A program made the position numbers and the translations under genes. Under the pieces are notes generated by a model. That model saw only the letters and a list, made by a program, of their open reading frames with translations, ran no database searches and was not told the DNA's origin. Positions 1 to 10,783 of a DNA stretch of 64,000 nucleotides are shown in pieces. Every line of letters begins with the position of its first letter. Positions within the stretch are counted from its first letter, which is position 1. The DNA is from Trypanosoma brucei (taxonomy: Eukaryota). The stretch is from the NCBI GenBank assembly GCA_000002445.1, contig CH464491.1:3552001-3616000 (forward strand), given 5' to 3'.

Positions 1-859
1 AGCATTTTTTTATGTCTTCCTGAATGACGTCTCGCTGGTTACTGTGGTAGTCTGTGAATTGTTGCAGGGCCTCGAGTGAGTCCCTCTCCAGCGCCTGAAG
101 TTCGGCGATGAATCCCTTCTCCTGATTTTCCAAGTTTTGGGACAAGAATGCCTTCAGACGTTGCGCGCAAACTTCCACAAGTTCGTACCGTGCGGCGATA
201 AGCTGTCTGTGTGTTCGCTCCACTTCAAGGACATCGCCGCCGACAACAGCGCGCTTGTGCGCCTCAATGGCATCCTGTACCTTCTTTTTGGCTGCATCAA
301 GCGGGGGGTCGAACTCAGCGAGCTCCTCCCGCATCTTCCCGAGGAGATCTACGAACTGAATTTCGTACAGAGCACCGCAAAGCTCGGAGAGGTCACGGAT
401 AATATCCCGCGGCTGATGTGGCTTGAGGATGTTGAGGTTCTCGCGAAGTAGCAGGAAGCGACCGCGGGGGAATTCCACGGTCGAGTCACGGAGTGTACTC
501 AAGATGCTTTCCACGGCAACCACGTCCAGCGGCTGTCGCGATAAAAGCTCGGCAATCTTTTCCCTCGTCACCTCTTGTTCGCAGAACCTCATCACCTTTT
601 CCTCGGTCCATCCACACGGTGCTTCGTGCTTGTAACGCTCACACATTTCAGAAGCGGCGCTGCGGAGGTCAAACCCCCGTGAGGAGAGGGGAAGGAGACG
701 GCTATCAACATACCCAGAGTAGTTTTCTGCTGTTGCAATGGCAGTTTCGGCGAGCTCAATGAGTGCAGCGACGGCTCGGTGGTTTTCCTCCTCCTGAACG
801 AGCCTCCTCGGATATTCAGGCGGCAAGAGGTTAAAACTGTTAAGTTGCACCTCGATCAT
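1..859 (-). CDS. Hypothetical protein, partial; N-terminus at 859, C-terminus beyond the left edge of the window. Manual translation: MIEVQLNSFNLLPPEYPRRLVQEEENHRAVAALIELAETAIATAENY...
   Basis: Manual minus-strand translation from the ATG (plus 'cat' at 857-859) runs about 285 codons to position 1 with no stop. The ORF track omits it because it has no terminal stop inside the window. The plus-strand ORFs in the same interval are Arg-rich and non-protein-like. Polypyrimidine tract and AG acceptor lie upstream (minus sense) at ~1000-1030. Confidence 0.5.
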   Translation of the reverse strand, partial: MIEVQLNSFNLLPPEYPRRLVQEEENHRAVAALIELAETAIATAENYSGYVDSRLLPLSSRGFDLRSAASEMCERYKHEAPCGWTEEKVMRFCEQEVTREKIAELLSRQPLDVVAVESILSTLRDSTVEFPRGRFLLLRENLNILKPHQPRDIIRDLSELCGALYEIQFVDLLGKMREELAEFDPPLDAAKKKVQDAIEAHKRAVVGGDVLEVERTHRQLIAARYELVEVCAQRLKAFLSQNLENQEKGFIAELQALERDSLEALQQFTDYHSNQRDVIQEDIKKC

Positions 860-1847
860 GTTTGTATGTTTGTTCTTCGGTTCCTTTTGCCTCTCAACAA
901 CTACTCAACTATTACTGAAAATTGTATTCCTCTTTATTTTTTAAACTGCACGAAAGTACCCTGAGGCAAATCGGGTAACGAAAGAATTCAAGATGTAGGC
1001 AAAAGAAAGGGTGAAAGGATGAAACTCGCAACACAATGTGTGAGACGTAGACCCAGGATGGTCGCGACACGTAAGCGCTGGTAGGACAGTACATATCCGC
1101 TTGCGTGTGGGCACTGCATTCCTTAACCCACAGCATCCAGTTCACACACGTAATGGAGACGGGAGCCACCCTGCTTGATACGACGCAGCACACATATAAA
1201 AATAAATAAGTATATACGGAAAATGCCCCATTCCCAAGCTTCCAGCACAAACCGCCGCGGCGGCCTGCTGAGGCCTAATTCAAGTGAAAGCATTCGCCTC
1301 AAGTCCGTCCGGACATTAAGCGAGTGATTGACTGTGTGAGACTCAACCATGCACCAACTTGTGAGGACACGCGTGGTGAAGGAGGGGCACTGACTAACTG
1401 GGGTCTCACATTTCTTGTTTGATATGCGTGTATAAGACCCATTTGGTTGCGTTAATTATCCTCTTGAACCGCAACAAGGGGACTCAAAACCATCCCTTGA
1501 AGCGCTGGTGATATAAAAAGTTGGCGTAAACGTAAGATGTGTGTTTGGTATAGATGCCAAACAGAACTTCTGACTACCATAAATTACACATCGTGGCACA
1601 CTGGCACAACCTTCAGCTGTCACTCACCTGCAAGGGCCACCGCGGACACCTACTGCAAAACAAGCGAGCGCATCAAGTGAAAAATCATAAATTACATAAC
1701 TAAGAGGAAAGTGTGTGTGGAAATGAACTAATCTCGCCGGTGTCACGATTCCCACCCGGTTAACTTCGTTAAAAAAAACTAAAGTCGATAAAAAGCATTG
1801 TGAACGTAACCACAACCACCATTAGCGGCCGCATCTTTTCCCATATT

Positions 1848-2390
1848 TTAGGCTGTCAGGATTCCCTCTTTCCCCATAGCTAATCTGCCCTCTGCGAGCG
1901 CCGCCATGCACTGGTCAAAGGCGCTCTTCATGCAGTTTTCCTCTTCCATCCTTCCCTCACGCGCAGTGATCAGAACTTTCACGTCTCGTGGGAGTTGTGC
2001 TGCCGTCACACCCATCATGGTCAAGCCAAGCACTGGGATGGGAGTAAACACACGACAGAAGACTTTGTTAGACGTCATACCACTTACAAATGAATGTGCA
2101 GGATTGGCGTGACGGTACCCGCGCACTGTGAGCCACACACCTACGCAAAGCCAACAGCATTGCGTGGCGACTGTCCACGAAGCTATTTGACAGGCTGTGT
2201 GAAGTGCGTGGCGCCCTTCCCTATGCATCGCGTACAAGCGTGTAGCTTCTTCCATTCGACGAATGTATTCCGTCGGAATGCGACTGCGCTCCACTGCTGT
2301 AGTTTCCGTGAAAAATGGTGTGTCCGGTGGGTTTCTTGGGTCCCATTCTACGCTGTTTGGCGTACCTTGGACTACCTTTGACGGGTTCAT
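1848..2390 (-). CDS. Hypothetical protein (~180 aa) with hydrophobic segments
   Basis: Tool ORF 1848..2432 begins with GTG ('cac' on plus). First in-frame ATG is at 2388-2390 (MNPSKVVQGTPNSVEWD...). Orientation matches the minus cluster. No recognisable family. Confidence 0.4.
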   Translation of the reverse strand: MNPSKVVQGTPNSVEWDPRNPPDTPFFTETTAVERSRIPTEYIRRMEEATRLYAMHREGRHALHTACQIASWTVATQCCWLCVGVWLTVRGYRHANPAHSFVSGMTSNKVFCRVFTPIPVLGLTMMGVTAAQLPRDVKVLITAREGRMEEENCMKSAFDQCMAALAEGRLAMGKEGILTA

Positions 2391-3719
2391 ATTCTTATAT
2401 ATGATTACCACGACCTCCACTGGCTTGCACACTACAACTTCACGAAGCAGAGAAGAAAAGTTTTTCTAGCTTGATACAGTGCAGCACAAGGCGAGCACAG
2501 ATGTTGTTCCTACCTGGGAGAACAACACAACATTACCAGAATGCAGAGGTAGTGTGGTCAACACCACCTACTTGGCAGCCACCCCGCCATTAACGTCGTA
2601 TTTTTCTCTCTTGTCACTCGCTGTTAGGTCCCACAATAGGGACCGAGTTATGGGAGAACCATTCATGCTATTACCCGATGTGAAGAAGCCATCATCGTTT
2701 TTTTTTTGTGTAGCGGGAAGTGCAGCACAAGCCACCCTTTCCCTCCCCCCTAGTTCCATCATTTCCCTCCTCGCCTTCCTAATACTTCTCCCATTGCTCG
2801 CTTGATCGCTCGTGAAGGACGCGCTGAGCAGGCAGCAACATGGAAGGTTGTGGCAATTTTTTTAAAAAAAAACAAGAAAACGAACAAAATAGTTAACCGG
2901 TGTAAGTGGGCACTCCGCTCATTCCGGTACCATCTTCTTTCAGTTACAAACCCCTGTGCAAGCGCACTCACATTCACCCTCACCATCTCTACTTTTTCCT
3001 TTTTTTTTCTTTTGCGGCATTTGCACCTTCCACATTTACGTATTCCACGCGTGCAGTAAAGAGAAGCATGTGCATCGCAAGTTTCTTATATTACACGATT
3101 CTCTTTCCTACTCCATTGCGCGGTCTTATTTCATTATCTCCGTCCTTCCCCACATCCTCCGCGGCCACGAGTGTAACTAGCTTTCACAGGTGTGTGAGCA
3201 TAAGATAAAGCTGCACTTATATCAAGAACTCGTTTTCCATACATCTGAACCACATTTGGAAGGATACACACGGAGAGACGAAAGCGCAACGTTGAACCAT
3301 CACACAAGCTTCAAAGCGGGGGCTCCATACCGCCGATACGCAAGACAAAATTGTTGACGGTGAAGTGAAATAACATAGGGAATAATAATCTTAACAGAGG
3401 AAGTGCTACTGCACATATACAGACGAACAAATAAGCAAGCAAAACGCAGCATAACACCCGTGGAAGAAAAGAGAGAATAGGAACAACCAGCAAAGTAATA
3501 ACTTAGTTTTACCGGCGGACAGAGTCTCTCTTTTCCCTATCCCTCGTTCTACACTTCCAAAAGGGGGATCACAGGTTAGCCCGCAGCTAGCTTTTCAGGT
3601 TGCCTAACTCACCTTTTACTTTTCGTTTTGTTTTCGTTTTCACCACCACTGTCAATTTTACTCCTTCACTTCCATTTCCACCAAACGCCTTATGCGTGTA
3701 TGGGCGCACGCCATCGTTT

Positions 3720-6569
3720 CTATTGTTCAGGTTTGCCGGTATGACGGTACTTTTTCCGTGCAGCACGATCATCTTCCAAACTCTGCAGCATGCAAGATGC
3801 AATTCTGTCTGCGTGTATACCAGAGTCCACGAGGTTCAACATGTTGGCTACAGTGCGAACAAACCCATTTTTTAAAGGTTTGTGCCCACTTACCGAATGC
3901 TGGATGTAGTACGTTGCTGTATTCAGCGTGCTTAGGATATGGGTTTGGTTGACAACAACTAATTGTGGAGGATGCAGTGATGCCGTGTGTTGTAGAAGTG
4001 GCTGCAGCCGCTCATAGAGCGCTGTCCGTTTGGCAACATCGACTTGTGCAGCAATTGGTTGTATAAGTTTCTCTACCGTGAATAATGTGGTGTAGTGATC
4101 GGAGATGTCGTACTCCAGTAGCTTGACCGATGAGGGAAGAACACCCTTCTTCTGACAATTGCCCAGAAGGCGAAGTGCCTTGTAATGATTCGCAGTTGCA
4201 GCACACGAACTATCGTGAATAAGAAGAAGGAATACACTCTCCTCTTTTGCTGCCTCACAACGGTTGTCTTCCACTTTCTGGTTGTAAGCTATCAGCGGCA
4301 CGCTTTCCCCCTCAGGGATCCACAAATACGATGGTGCAACACCTTTCACAGCACTAACCAAGATGCTTCGGTAGGTCACGCGCGCATCAGCGTTTGTTTC
4401 CTTGCTTATGCTATCGCGCAATCCTCTCAGTGCCTTGTACATTACCGACGGGGAGGGGGCACGAGGGGCTGGCATACAGTGCTTTGGTGATCCAACAGAC
4501 CCTCCTACATCACTATGGAAAAGTTGTCCCCACCCTCCCTTGGGTCCTTGCAGTTCACCATAGCCCATGTCCACCCCTCGCACATCACCATCAGAATTAA
4601 AAACGTACACTTCACAGTTAGTCACCGACATCTTTTCATCGAAGTCACGCCAGATGACCGTGCGTAGCTCTTTAGACAATTCTTCCGCCTCCTCAAAAGC
4701 CGCTGAAGCGAACTGGACATTCGTGTCACGGCGAGCCGTACCTGCTGCTCGCCGGGCCGCCCGCTCACACCCGGTGGCCCTCTCGGAACCTGTGGGTGGC
4801 AATACGACCAGTACTAAGAATCGATTATTTCCCCGGTCCTCCAATGATTCCTTTGATGCTCCGTGGGCACTCGTCAGCCCTTGACGTTGCCGTAACCGTC
4901 TCTTTAGAGCGAGGTACGACGTGCGGAAATGTCGCTCGTACACATGCTGCATGTTTAAGCCACTCACGGGCACCAAATATGCCTTTTCCGACATCATATC
5001 CTCTGCGTAATCCACGAGACGCGTCCCGACGGTGTTAACCCATGCCGAGAAGTTTGTCTTCCCACTCGGTGCGGGAAAACGCAGGGCAACTCCCGTAAAG
5101 TGATCAAGTGGAGAAGCCTTACTTTCACCCTTGGGCACCATTCTATCCAAAAGCAGGAGCCTTGTGTCGTCCGAAAGCGGAAATGCATGAAGTTGAGTTA
5201 TGAAGTCGGCCGTCACACCGGCTTGGGGGTCGTCAACCAAGAACTTTAAGCTCTCCAGCTTCAGTTCCTTTGTCTCGATGATATTCAGTGCTTTCCAGTT
5301 GATCGAGTGCGCCTCCTCCATCATTTCCTCTTGTACGAAGAAGGTGGGGATCTTTGTCCGAAGCTTGAAGTGGATGTCGTCATTTTCGAGGAGAATCTCG
5401 CGCATCGGAGAGGTACCACTCCCCTCATTGTAGCCTGAACCCTTGCACAGAATGAGGAGGAATCGGTCATACTTCCCCAGTACAGCGTCTATTTCCTCTT
5501 TCTTCGTCAGTTGCAAATGTGATGATGTATGTGCATGAACGAAGTTGATCAAGCCCTTCTCTGTTAAGGGTCCATCGTACCTGTGCACGTTTTTTTTTCC
5601 ACCTGAACAGAAGAAAAGGCTGGGAGAGTGGAGCGTCATTTTCAGTGTCTCGCTGCCGAAAAAGTGATATTCCCCGAAATCTGCCTTTCTGATAGCAGCT
5701 ATGACCTGCACGGGCCCCTCTGATTTCGCTGTTGGCCATAAAAATAGATGATTACGCCCCTCCCTTCCTGTCCCACCACCGGTAGACAAGGTGGCGAAGG
5801 CGTTGACGCGTGCAGTTACAACATTTGGTGCTTGGTTTTCGGATACCTTTGATAATATGCTGTTAAGAAGAACGTGCCAGCTCCCTTGTGGGGCTTCCTT
5901 GTAGGGGTTCATTGCTTCCGATAGTCGTTGCAAAAGTGCGATGTATTTATCCGTAGCCTCATCCCAATCACTAAATACAAGCAACAGCATTTCGCTAAAG
6001 AGGTGGTTCTCTACCGCCTCCGCGAAGGCGTTTTGGTCCAAATCGATAATTCCATCGTAGTAGGCAATATGGGCATCCTTGCGTCTGGAATCTTGTTTAT
6101 AGTAAGGCATAAGTTGCAATGGCCCTTCTACTTGTGGACCACTCTTCGCAGAATCGCTGTTATACACACGCGTGAGGAACCCACTCACCAGCTGTTTTTC
6201 GGACACACCCACATCCACAAGCGTTCTGCTCGTTACAGCACGCAGTCCGCTTCGACCTGCTTCAGCTAATGCAGCCTTCTGCACTTCAAGGATGTAGTCC
6301 CTTTCTTGCGGCCCCACAACCCTCGTCGAATACTCCGTTATTTTAGGCCCTAATTCATCAGGTTTCCATTCCCTTGAAGGAGCGACAGATCCGGGCGTGG
6401 AAGGCGGGGTAGCTGCGCTACTCGCGGAGTTCTTCGATGTTGACACGTCGGCATACAGCATAAATAAAATACTTAGTATGTACAGCGCAAAGGCAACGAC
6501 CACCACATGAAATAACAGCCGTTTGCGCCTCCGCAGCGAAACAAGCCTAGTAACAAACCCAGAGCCCAT
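3720..6569 (-). CDS. Large type II (signal-anchor) membrane protein, 949 aa, family not recognised
   Basis: Genuine ATG at 6567-6569. N-terminus MGSGFVTRLVSLRRRKRLLFHVVVVAFALYILSILFMLY is a basic stretch followed by one hydrophobic helix. Uninterrupted 2.85 kb ORF with protein-like composition. Confidence 0.7.
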   Translation of the reverse strand: MGSGFVTRLVSLRRRKRLLFHVVVVAFALYILSILFMLYADVSTSKNSASSAATPPSTPGSVAPSREWKPDELGPKITEYSTRVVGPQERDYILEVQKAALAEAGRSGLRAVTSRTLVDVGVSEKQLVSGFLTRVYNSDSAKSGPQVEGPLQLMPYYKQDSRRKDAHIAYYDGIIDLDQNAFAEAVENHLFSEMLLLVFSDWDEATDKYIALLQRLSEAMNPYKEAPQGSWHVLLNSILSKVSENQAPNVVTARVNAFATLSTGGGTGREGRNHLFLWPTAKSEGPVQVIAAIRKADFGEYHFFGSETLKMTLHSPSLFFCSGGKKNVHRYDGPLTEKGLINFVHAHTSSHLQLTKKEEIDAVLGKYDRFLLILCKGSGYNEGSGTSPMREILLENDDIHFKLRTKIPTFFVQEEMMEEAHSINWKALNIIETKELKLESLKFLVDDPQAGVTADFITQLHAFPLSDDTRLLLLDRMVPKGESKASPLDHFTGVALRFPAPSGKTNFSAWVNTVGTRLVDYAEDMMSEKAYLVPVSGLNMQHVYERHFRTSYLALKRRLRQRQGLTSAHGASKESLEDRGNNRFLVLVVLPPTGSERATGCERAARRAAGTARRDTNVQFASAAFEEAEELSKELRTVIWRDFDEKMSVTNCEVYVFNSDGDVRGVDMGYGELQGPKGGWGQLFHSDVGGSVGSPKHCMPAPRAPSPSVMYKALRGLRDSISKETNADARVTYRSILVSAVKGVAPSYLWIPEGESVPLIAYNQKVEDNRCEAAKEESVFLLLIHDSSCAATANHYKALRLLGNCQKKGVLPSSVKLLEYDISDHYTTLFTVEKLIQPIAAQVDVAKRTALYERLQPLLQHTASLHPPQLVVVNQTHILSTLNTATYYIQHSVSGHKPLKNGFVRTVANMLNLVDSGIHADRIASCMLQSLEDDRAARKKYRHTGKPEQ

Positions 6570-6601
6570 TGGTGCTCTTCCACTTGCACTTTAAAACCCA
6601 G

Positions 6602-6622
6602 TATATATATATATATATATAT
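6602..6622. repeat. (TA)10 microsatellite
   Basis: tatatatatatatatatatat, immediately upstream (minus sense) of the 949-aa gene start. Confidence 0.9.
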
Positions 6623-7132
6623 GTGTTAATTTTGCACCTTCTGGTCTCTTATGGCAACCGACTGCACCGCTAGCTTTCTCACGGCTTCTTTCAGTTTCGG
6701 CGTTGTCGCTGAGCGCTTCCAACGCTACTCGCGACCAACAAAATACACTCTTGCTGTTGCTTGCAACGATAATGGGGGATATCTAAAGTTACAAAAGAGG
6801 TAAAATTGCGGAAATAACGGCAACATGTTGGCAGTAGGGTGCGCCCTCGAAGGTTTTCAGTTGTGATTGCGTGGGCATCCTGGGCAATACTGCAAAACCA
6901 ACACAACAACAGAGAGGGCACGGCGGCGTTGCAACTGATGTCCGACCACAAAATACTAATACACACGAGACCACATTTACGCCCCAAACAGACACTGACA
7001 ACCTTGTGTTATAGCAGCCAAACCGCGATTTTGGCACCACACGCACACCACACATCACACAGCGCAACAATTGTGCCACAAAGAAAAAAAACTGTTTTAA
7101 ATACGCAGAGGTTGTGCTGGGAAACCCCTGCT

Positions 7133-7798
7133 CTATGTAGAGTGCGCTTCGCCATTTTGCCCACGATCCGCGCCACTGCCATCCAAGGGAGTAAACATCC
7201 AGTCTCCACCACTTGGCCGGGGTCGCTTGCGTCCCTGGGGATTAGCGGTGCGAGTTGGTGAGGTGGGGCGCTCACCACTACTCCTGTTACCCAAAAAAGT
7301 GCTGTAGCGGGCCAACAACTTACTCTCAACATCGGGAACTACACTTGAACGCATCGAAGTCACTTCCTTCCCAGTAGCTGTCATCCGCGGGGAAAGCAAA
7401 ACAGTACTTATTCGTGTTTCCTCACTTGCCCCAAGCTCCGCCTGCACGGTTAACATAATGTTCTGCAGAGCAGTATTTTCCTCCCGAAGCGCAGCGACAT
7501 CATCGTGGAGTCCCCGTAACGCGACCTTGAAGAAGTTGCCTTGCCTTCGTTCTCGTTCATTTGCTTCTTCCGCTACCAACTGTTGACGCACGGCCTCCTC
7601 CGCCGCCTGTACGCACTGCTTCTGCAAGCGTTCGGCACCATGACGCTTTTCTCGGAGGAAAGTAATTTCAGCAAGCATAGCCTCATTCTCGGCTATGAGT
7701 TCATGCACAAAAGGGTCCTTAAGTGTTGACAATGAGAATCCCGTCGATTTCTGCACCGAGGCCTCTCCTTCCAGACCTTCACCATCTTCTTCACTCAT
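7133..7798 (-). CDS. Coiled-coil/leucine-zipper-like hypothetical protein (~221 aa)
   Basis: Tool ORF 7133..7888 begins with TTG. First ATG is at 7796-7798 (MSEEDGEGLEGEAS...). Heptad-rich central region (EENTALQNIMLTVQAEL, AEITFLREKRH). Confidence 0.45.
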   Translation of the reverse strand: MSEEDGEGLEGEASVQKSTGFSLSTLKDPFVHELIAENEAMLAEITFLREKRHGAERLQKQCVQAAEEAVRQQLVAEEANERERRQGNFFKVALRGLHDDVAALREENTALQNIMLTVQAELGASEETRISTVLLSPRMTATGKEVTSMRSSVVPDVESKLLARYSTFLGNRSSGERPTSPTRTANPQGRKRPRPSGGDWMFTPLDGSGADRGQNGEAHST

Positions 7799-8103
7799 CC
7801 AAAGGTGGAATGAAAGAACACTCGGTTTTATTTCTCCTTCACCCTCTTTTTGCCCCCGTCTCCCCGTCGCCACCCAACCACTATGCAATGAGGAAGGAGA
7901 GCCTCCTTTATGTTAAAGGGGAACATCAGAGTAAACAACAAAGGAAGAGCAACCGAGCGTGCACAGTCCAATATGCTGTGGAAAAAACCGATGAACAGGC
8001 TACACCGACGCGATGTCGTACAGAAGAATTGGTAAAAAATAACAATAATAATACGGGAATGTAAAGAAAAGGGAAGCGTCTGTTGATAGTGGGGGTTCGT
8101 TGC

Positions 8104-9618
8104 CTACTGTGTGAAGATACTAAACACCTCCTCCACGCTGTTTGCCCGACGGAACGTGCGCTCCCTCCCGACCTTCATGTAAACAGTGCCGTTGTCAATG
8201 TACACAAAAACGCATGGATTCCCGCTACCAGAGGCGGGGGCCACCCCCGCGTCGCAAATACGAAACACTTTGTGCCCATGACCTGACCGTGCGGCTGTCT
8301 CCTCGAAAAGTAGTAATCTGTCTTCCGTTACAGCAGAGAGAATGGCAGTTGTGATTTTCCCCCTTGACTGTTGCAGCATGGCATTATATCGCTTCTGCTG
8401 TGAGGTGGCACTACCGCAGCCGCTTAAAACACCAAGCTCAGCGTGGCCAAGAGACTCAACCACAATCAAGGCACGGTAGCTGGCGGTGCACCACACATGC
8501 GAAAGCGTGCGGAGCTCATTTGCCGGTACCACAGGGGATGCATCTCTTCCAGTGCTCACCCACATCTGCACAAGTGCCCGAAACGGTCCCGCAAAGGCGC
8601 TGCAGAACACCTCAGTCATACCTGCGCGCGGTGCTGCAGCAGCGGAAAAGGCACGCTCAACGGAGACAAGCAGTGCATCAAATAGTTGCTTCATGAAGCA
8701 TACACCCTTCTGGATTTCTCCCACTAACGTCGCACCTTGCTCCACACACGCCCCGACGAGCACGGCGTGTCGTACAAGTGTGCTACATGCACGACTGAAT
8801 TCTACAGCGCTTTCCCTTAAATAAACCTGTAGCAGTCCCGTGGCGATACTTTCTATTGGAGCAACGACATTCATTGCCGCAAGCGGATGGGCCGCATTAA
8901 GCGCTACGTATGGAATAAGTCCTGGAAACAGCAGCAACGAGTAGAGCGGCGCAATAGCATGCTCCCTCCCAGCATTTACCGACATTGGCAACCTACACAT
9001 CACTCGGATCACCTCCGCGTCAAATTGGTCAACAAACTCCTCAGGCATCCCTTCCCTCACCTTACGCAGCAGCAGGAGCAATGGATCTACTTCCCGGCGC
9101 AGTTGTTCCCGCAGGGGAAACGCTGATGCGTTCTCGGTTACGCCACATAGAGTTGTGCGGATTTCCTCCGCTTTAGCCATCCCATGAACCCAATCAGCAA
9201 AAAGGGCTGCACGAAGTAACAAAAGAGTGAGCGCTGCGCCACTCGACCACAACTCCTCCACTCCCCCGTTCCACACCCTACGGACTCCCACCAAACCTTC
9301 AACAACGCGACTGAGGAGCGGATATGTTGCTCCGTTCTGTCGCCTTCGCTGCATGGTGCTCGATGGCTGCCTCGACTCCTTCTGAATACGCTGGCAAACA
9401 TCTCCAGCTGCATCAACGAAGGCAGAGAAATCAGCAAGGTTACGCAGCTCCTGCACGGTGGTTGCAAAACCGGAAGAACCCACCGTCGATGACGACTGGA
9501 GGTGCTGTTGTTGTGGCGGTGGTGGGCCCCGCGACCGCTCGTTTAACAACAATAGAGAGCGCTGAGACACCCGAAGTGCTTCGTTGAAGAGGGCATCAAC
9601 TTCAGTCCTCGAAAACAT
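8104..9618 (-). CDS. Hypothetical protein, 504 aa
   Basis: 1.5 kb uninterrupted ORF starting MFSRTEVDALFNEALRV. The ATG ('cat') lies at the ORF end, but its exact position is uncertain by one nucleotide: my reading of the displayed sequence and the ORF track disagree there. No family motif recognised. Confidence 0.6.
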   Translation of the reverse strand: MFSRTEVDALFNEALRVSQRSLLLLNERSRGPPPPQQQHLQSSSTVGSSGFATTVQELRNLADFSAFVDAAGDVCQRIQKESRQPSSTMQRRRQNGATYPLLSRVVEGLVGVRRVWNGGVEELWSSGAALTLLLLRAALFADWVHGMAKAEEIRTTLCGVTENASAFPLREQLRREVDPLLLLLRKVREGMPEEFVDQFDAEVIRVMCRLPMSVNAGREHAIAPLYSLLLFPGLIPYVALNAAHPLAAMNVVAPIESIATGLLQVYLRESAVEFSRACSTLVRHAVLVGACVEQGATLVGEIQKGVCFMKQLFDALLVSVERAFSAAAAPRAGMTEVFCSAFAGPFRALVQMWVSTGRDASPVVPANELRTLSHVWCTASYRALIVVESLGHAELGVLSGCGSATSQQKRYNAMLQQSRGKITTAILSAVTEDRLLLFEETAARSGHGHKVFRICDAGVAPASGSGNPCVFVYIDNGTVYMKVGRERTFRRANSVEEVFSIFTQ

Positions 9619-10783
9619 TTACAGTACTATAACTTTATTTGATTTTTTCGAAGGAGGTAGTCAAACAAAAATGCAAGAGAAAAAAGTGTGGGTATATTCA
9701 CAGTTCCCTGGAGAAGATGATTCGAGGGGTAAATCCGACAACCTATCTCAATAATAAACCACTTTTTCTGATAGTAGACATGGGGAGTTATAAGTAACAA
9801 AAGGAACAACGTTTGTACCTGCATATCTGTATACGTGACACTGTACCTCCACTACTAACAGCCAAGTCATACGAGTTACGAAAAAAAAGGTAGGATGCCG
9901 GTTCCATTAAAAACCCGAGCACTTTAATACCGAGGGCAAAGGTGCGGCAACAACACCGGGGAAGGGTAAAAACATAAAAAGACACAGAAGAATGAGAGCT
10001 GAAGTATACAAACACGGCGGCGCACAAAACAAAAACAACAACTTTTTACGCTCGAAAAACAGTTAACGGAAGATGGGAGCAGCCCCACTTATTTCGCTGC
10101 GATGCACCATTCACCTAACGAACTTCCCTTCAACTGCACGGGAACACCTCTCTCTGCTTTATTTTCTCATGTACAACACCATTTTTTTCTTTCCGTGCAA
10201 ATTCTTTTTACACCCTCCCTCCTGTTTCTGTAGCTAGCGTTCCAAGGCGACGCGGGCCCAGGAGGCGGGCCGAGGTCTCCGACTGTCATAACAGTTTGCA
10301 TATTTACTGCCTCGATTGCTTCCACTTCTCACTTGCACGGAAGATCGTTTATCAGCTTTCCTCCTTTACGATAAAAGGAGTGTATAGACATTAAGGGTTA
10401 AAGGGAAGAACAAACCCATGCCACAAAGGAGCCACGGCACTTGTCCACCTGAACAACAAAGTATAAAAGCTCCCACCGGACCAAATGGTCGAGAATGGGA
10501 GATGGGACGAAGAAATTAAAGGACAGTAACAACGTCACAGGGGGCACAATTGAGCCCGTCGCCGAGAGGGCACCACCGACAAAAAAAATCAGTAGAAAAC
10601 ACACTTTCACCCCACGAGACGGCAGCTATTTAAATATTGTTTTCATATCACCACGCTAGCATCCAGGCACGTACACAAAGATTGTCAAAGTTCGCATTAC
10701 TCACTTTGAACCTCATAGTGTGCTGCCGCTCCTCCTTCATCCACTTGATCACGAAACCTCATACTTTCCCGTACTGCCTGCCA

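Noticed and set aside
137-964. Plus-strand ORFs 137..451, 211..402, 423..635, 493..762, 779..964
   Set aside because: They begin with non-ATG codons (137-139 is TTG). Translations are Arg/Pro-rich and non-protein-like. They are antisense to a clean ~285-codon minus-strand reading frame and run opposite to the minus gene cluster.
4012-5188. Antisense and alternative-frame ORFs inside the 949-aa gene (4012..4206, 4185..4490, 4567..4884, 4796..5038 and others)
   Set aside because: They lie within or antisense to a strong 2.85 kb ORF. Compositions are Arg/Ser/Cys-rich and non-protein-like.
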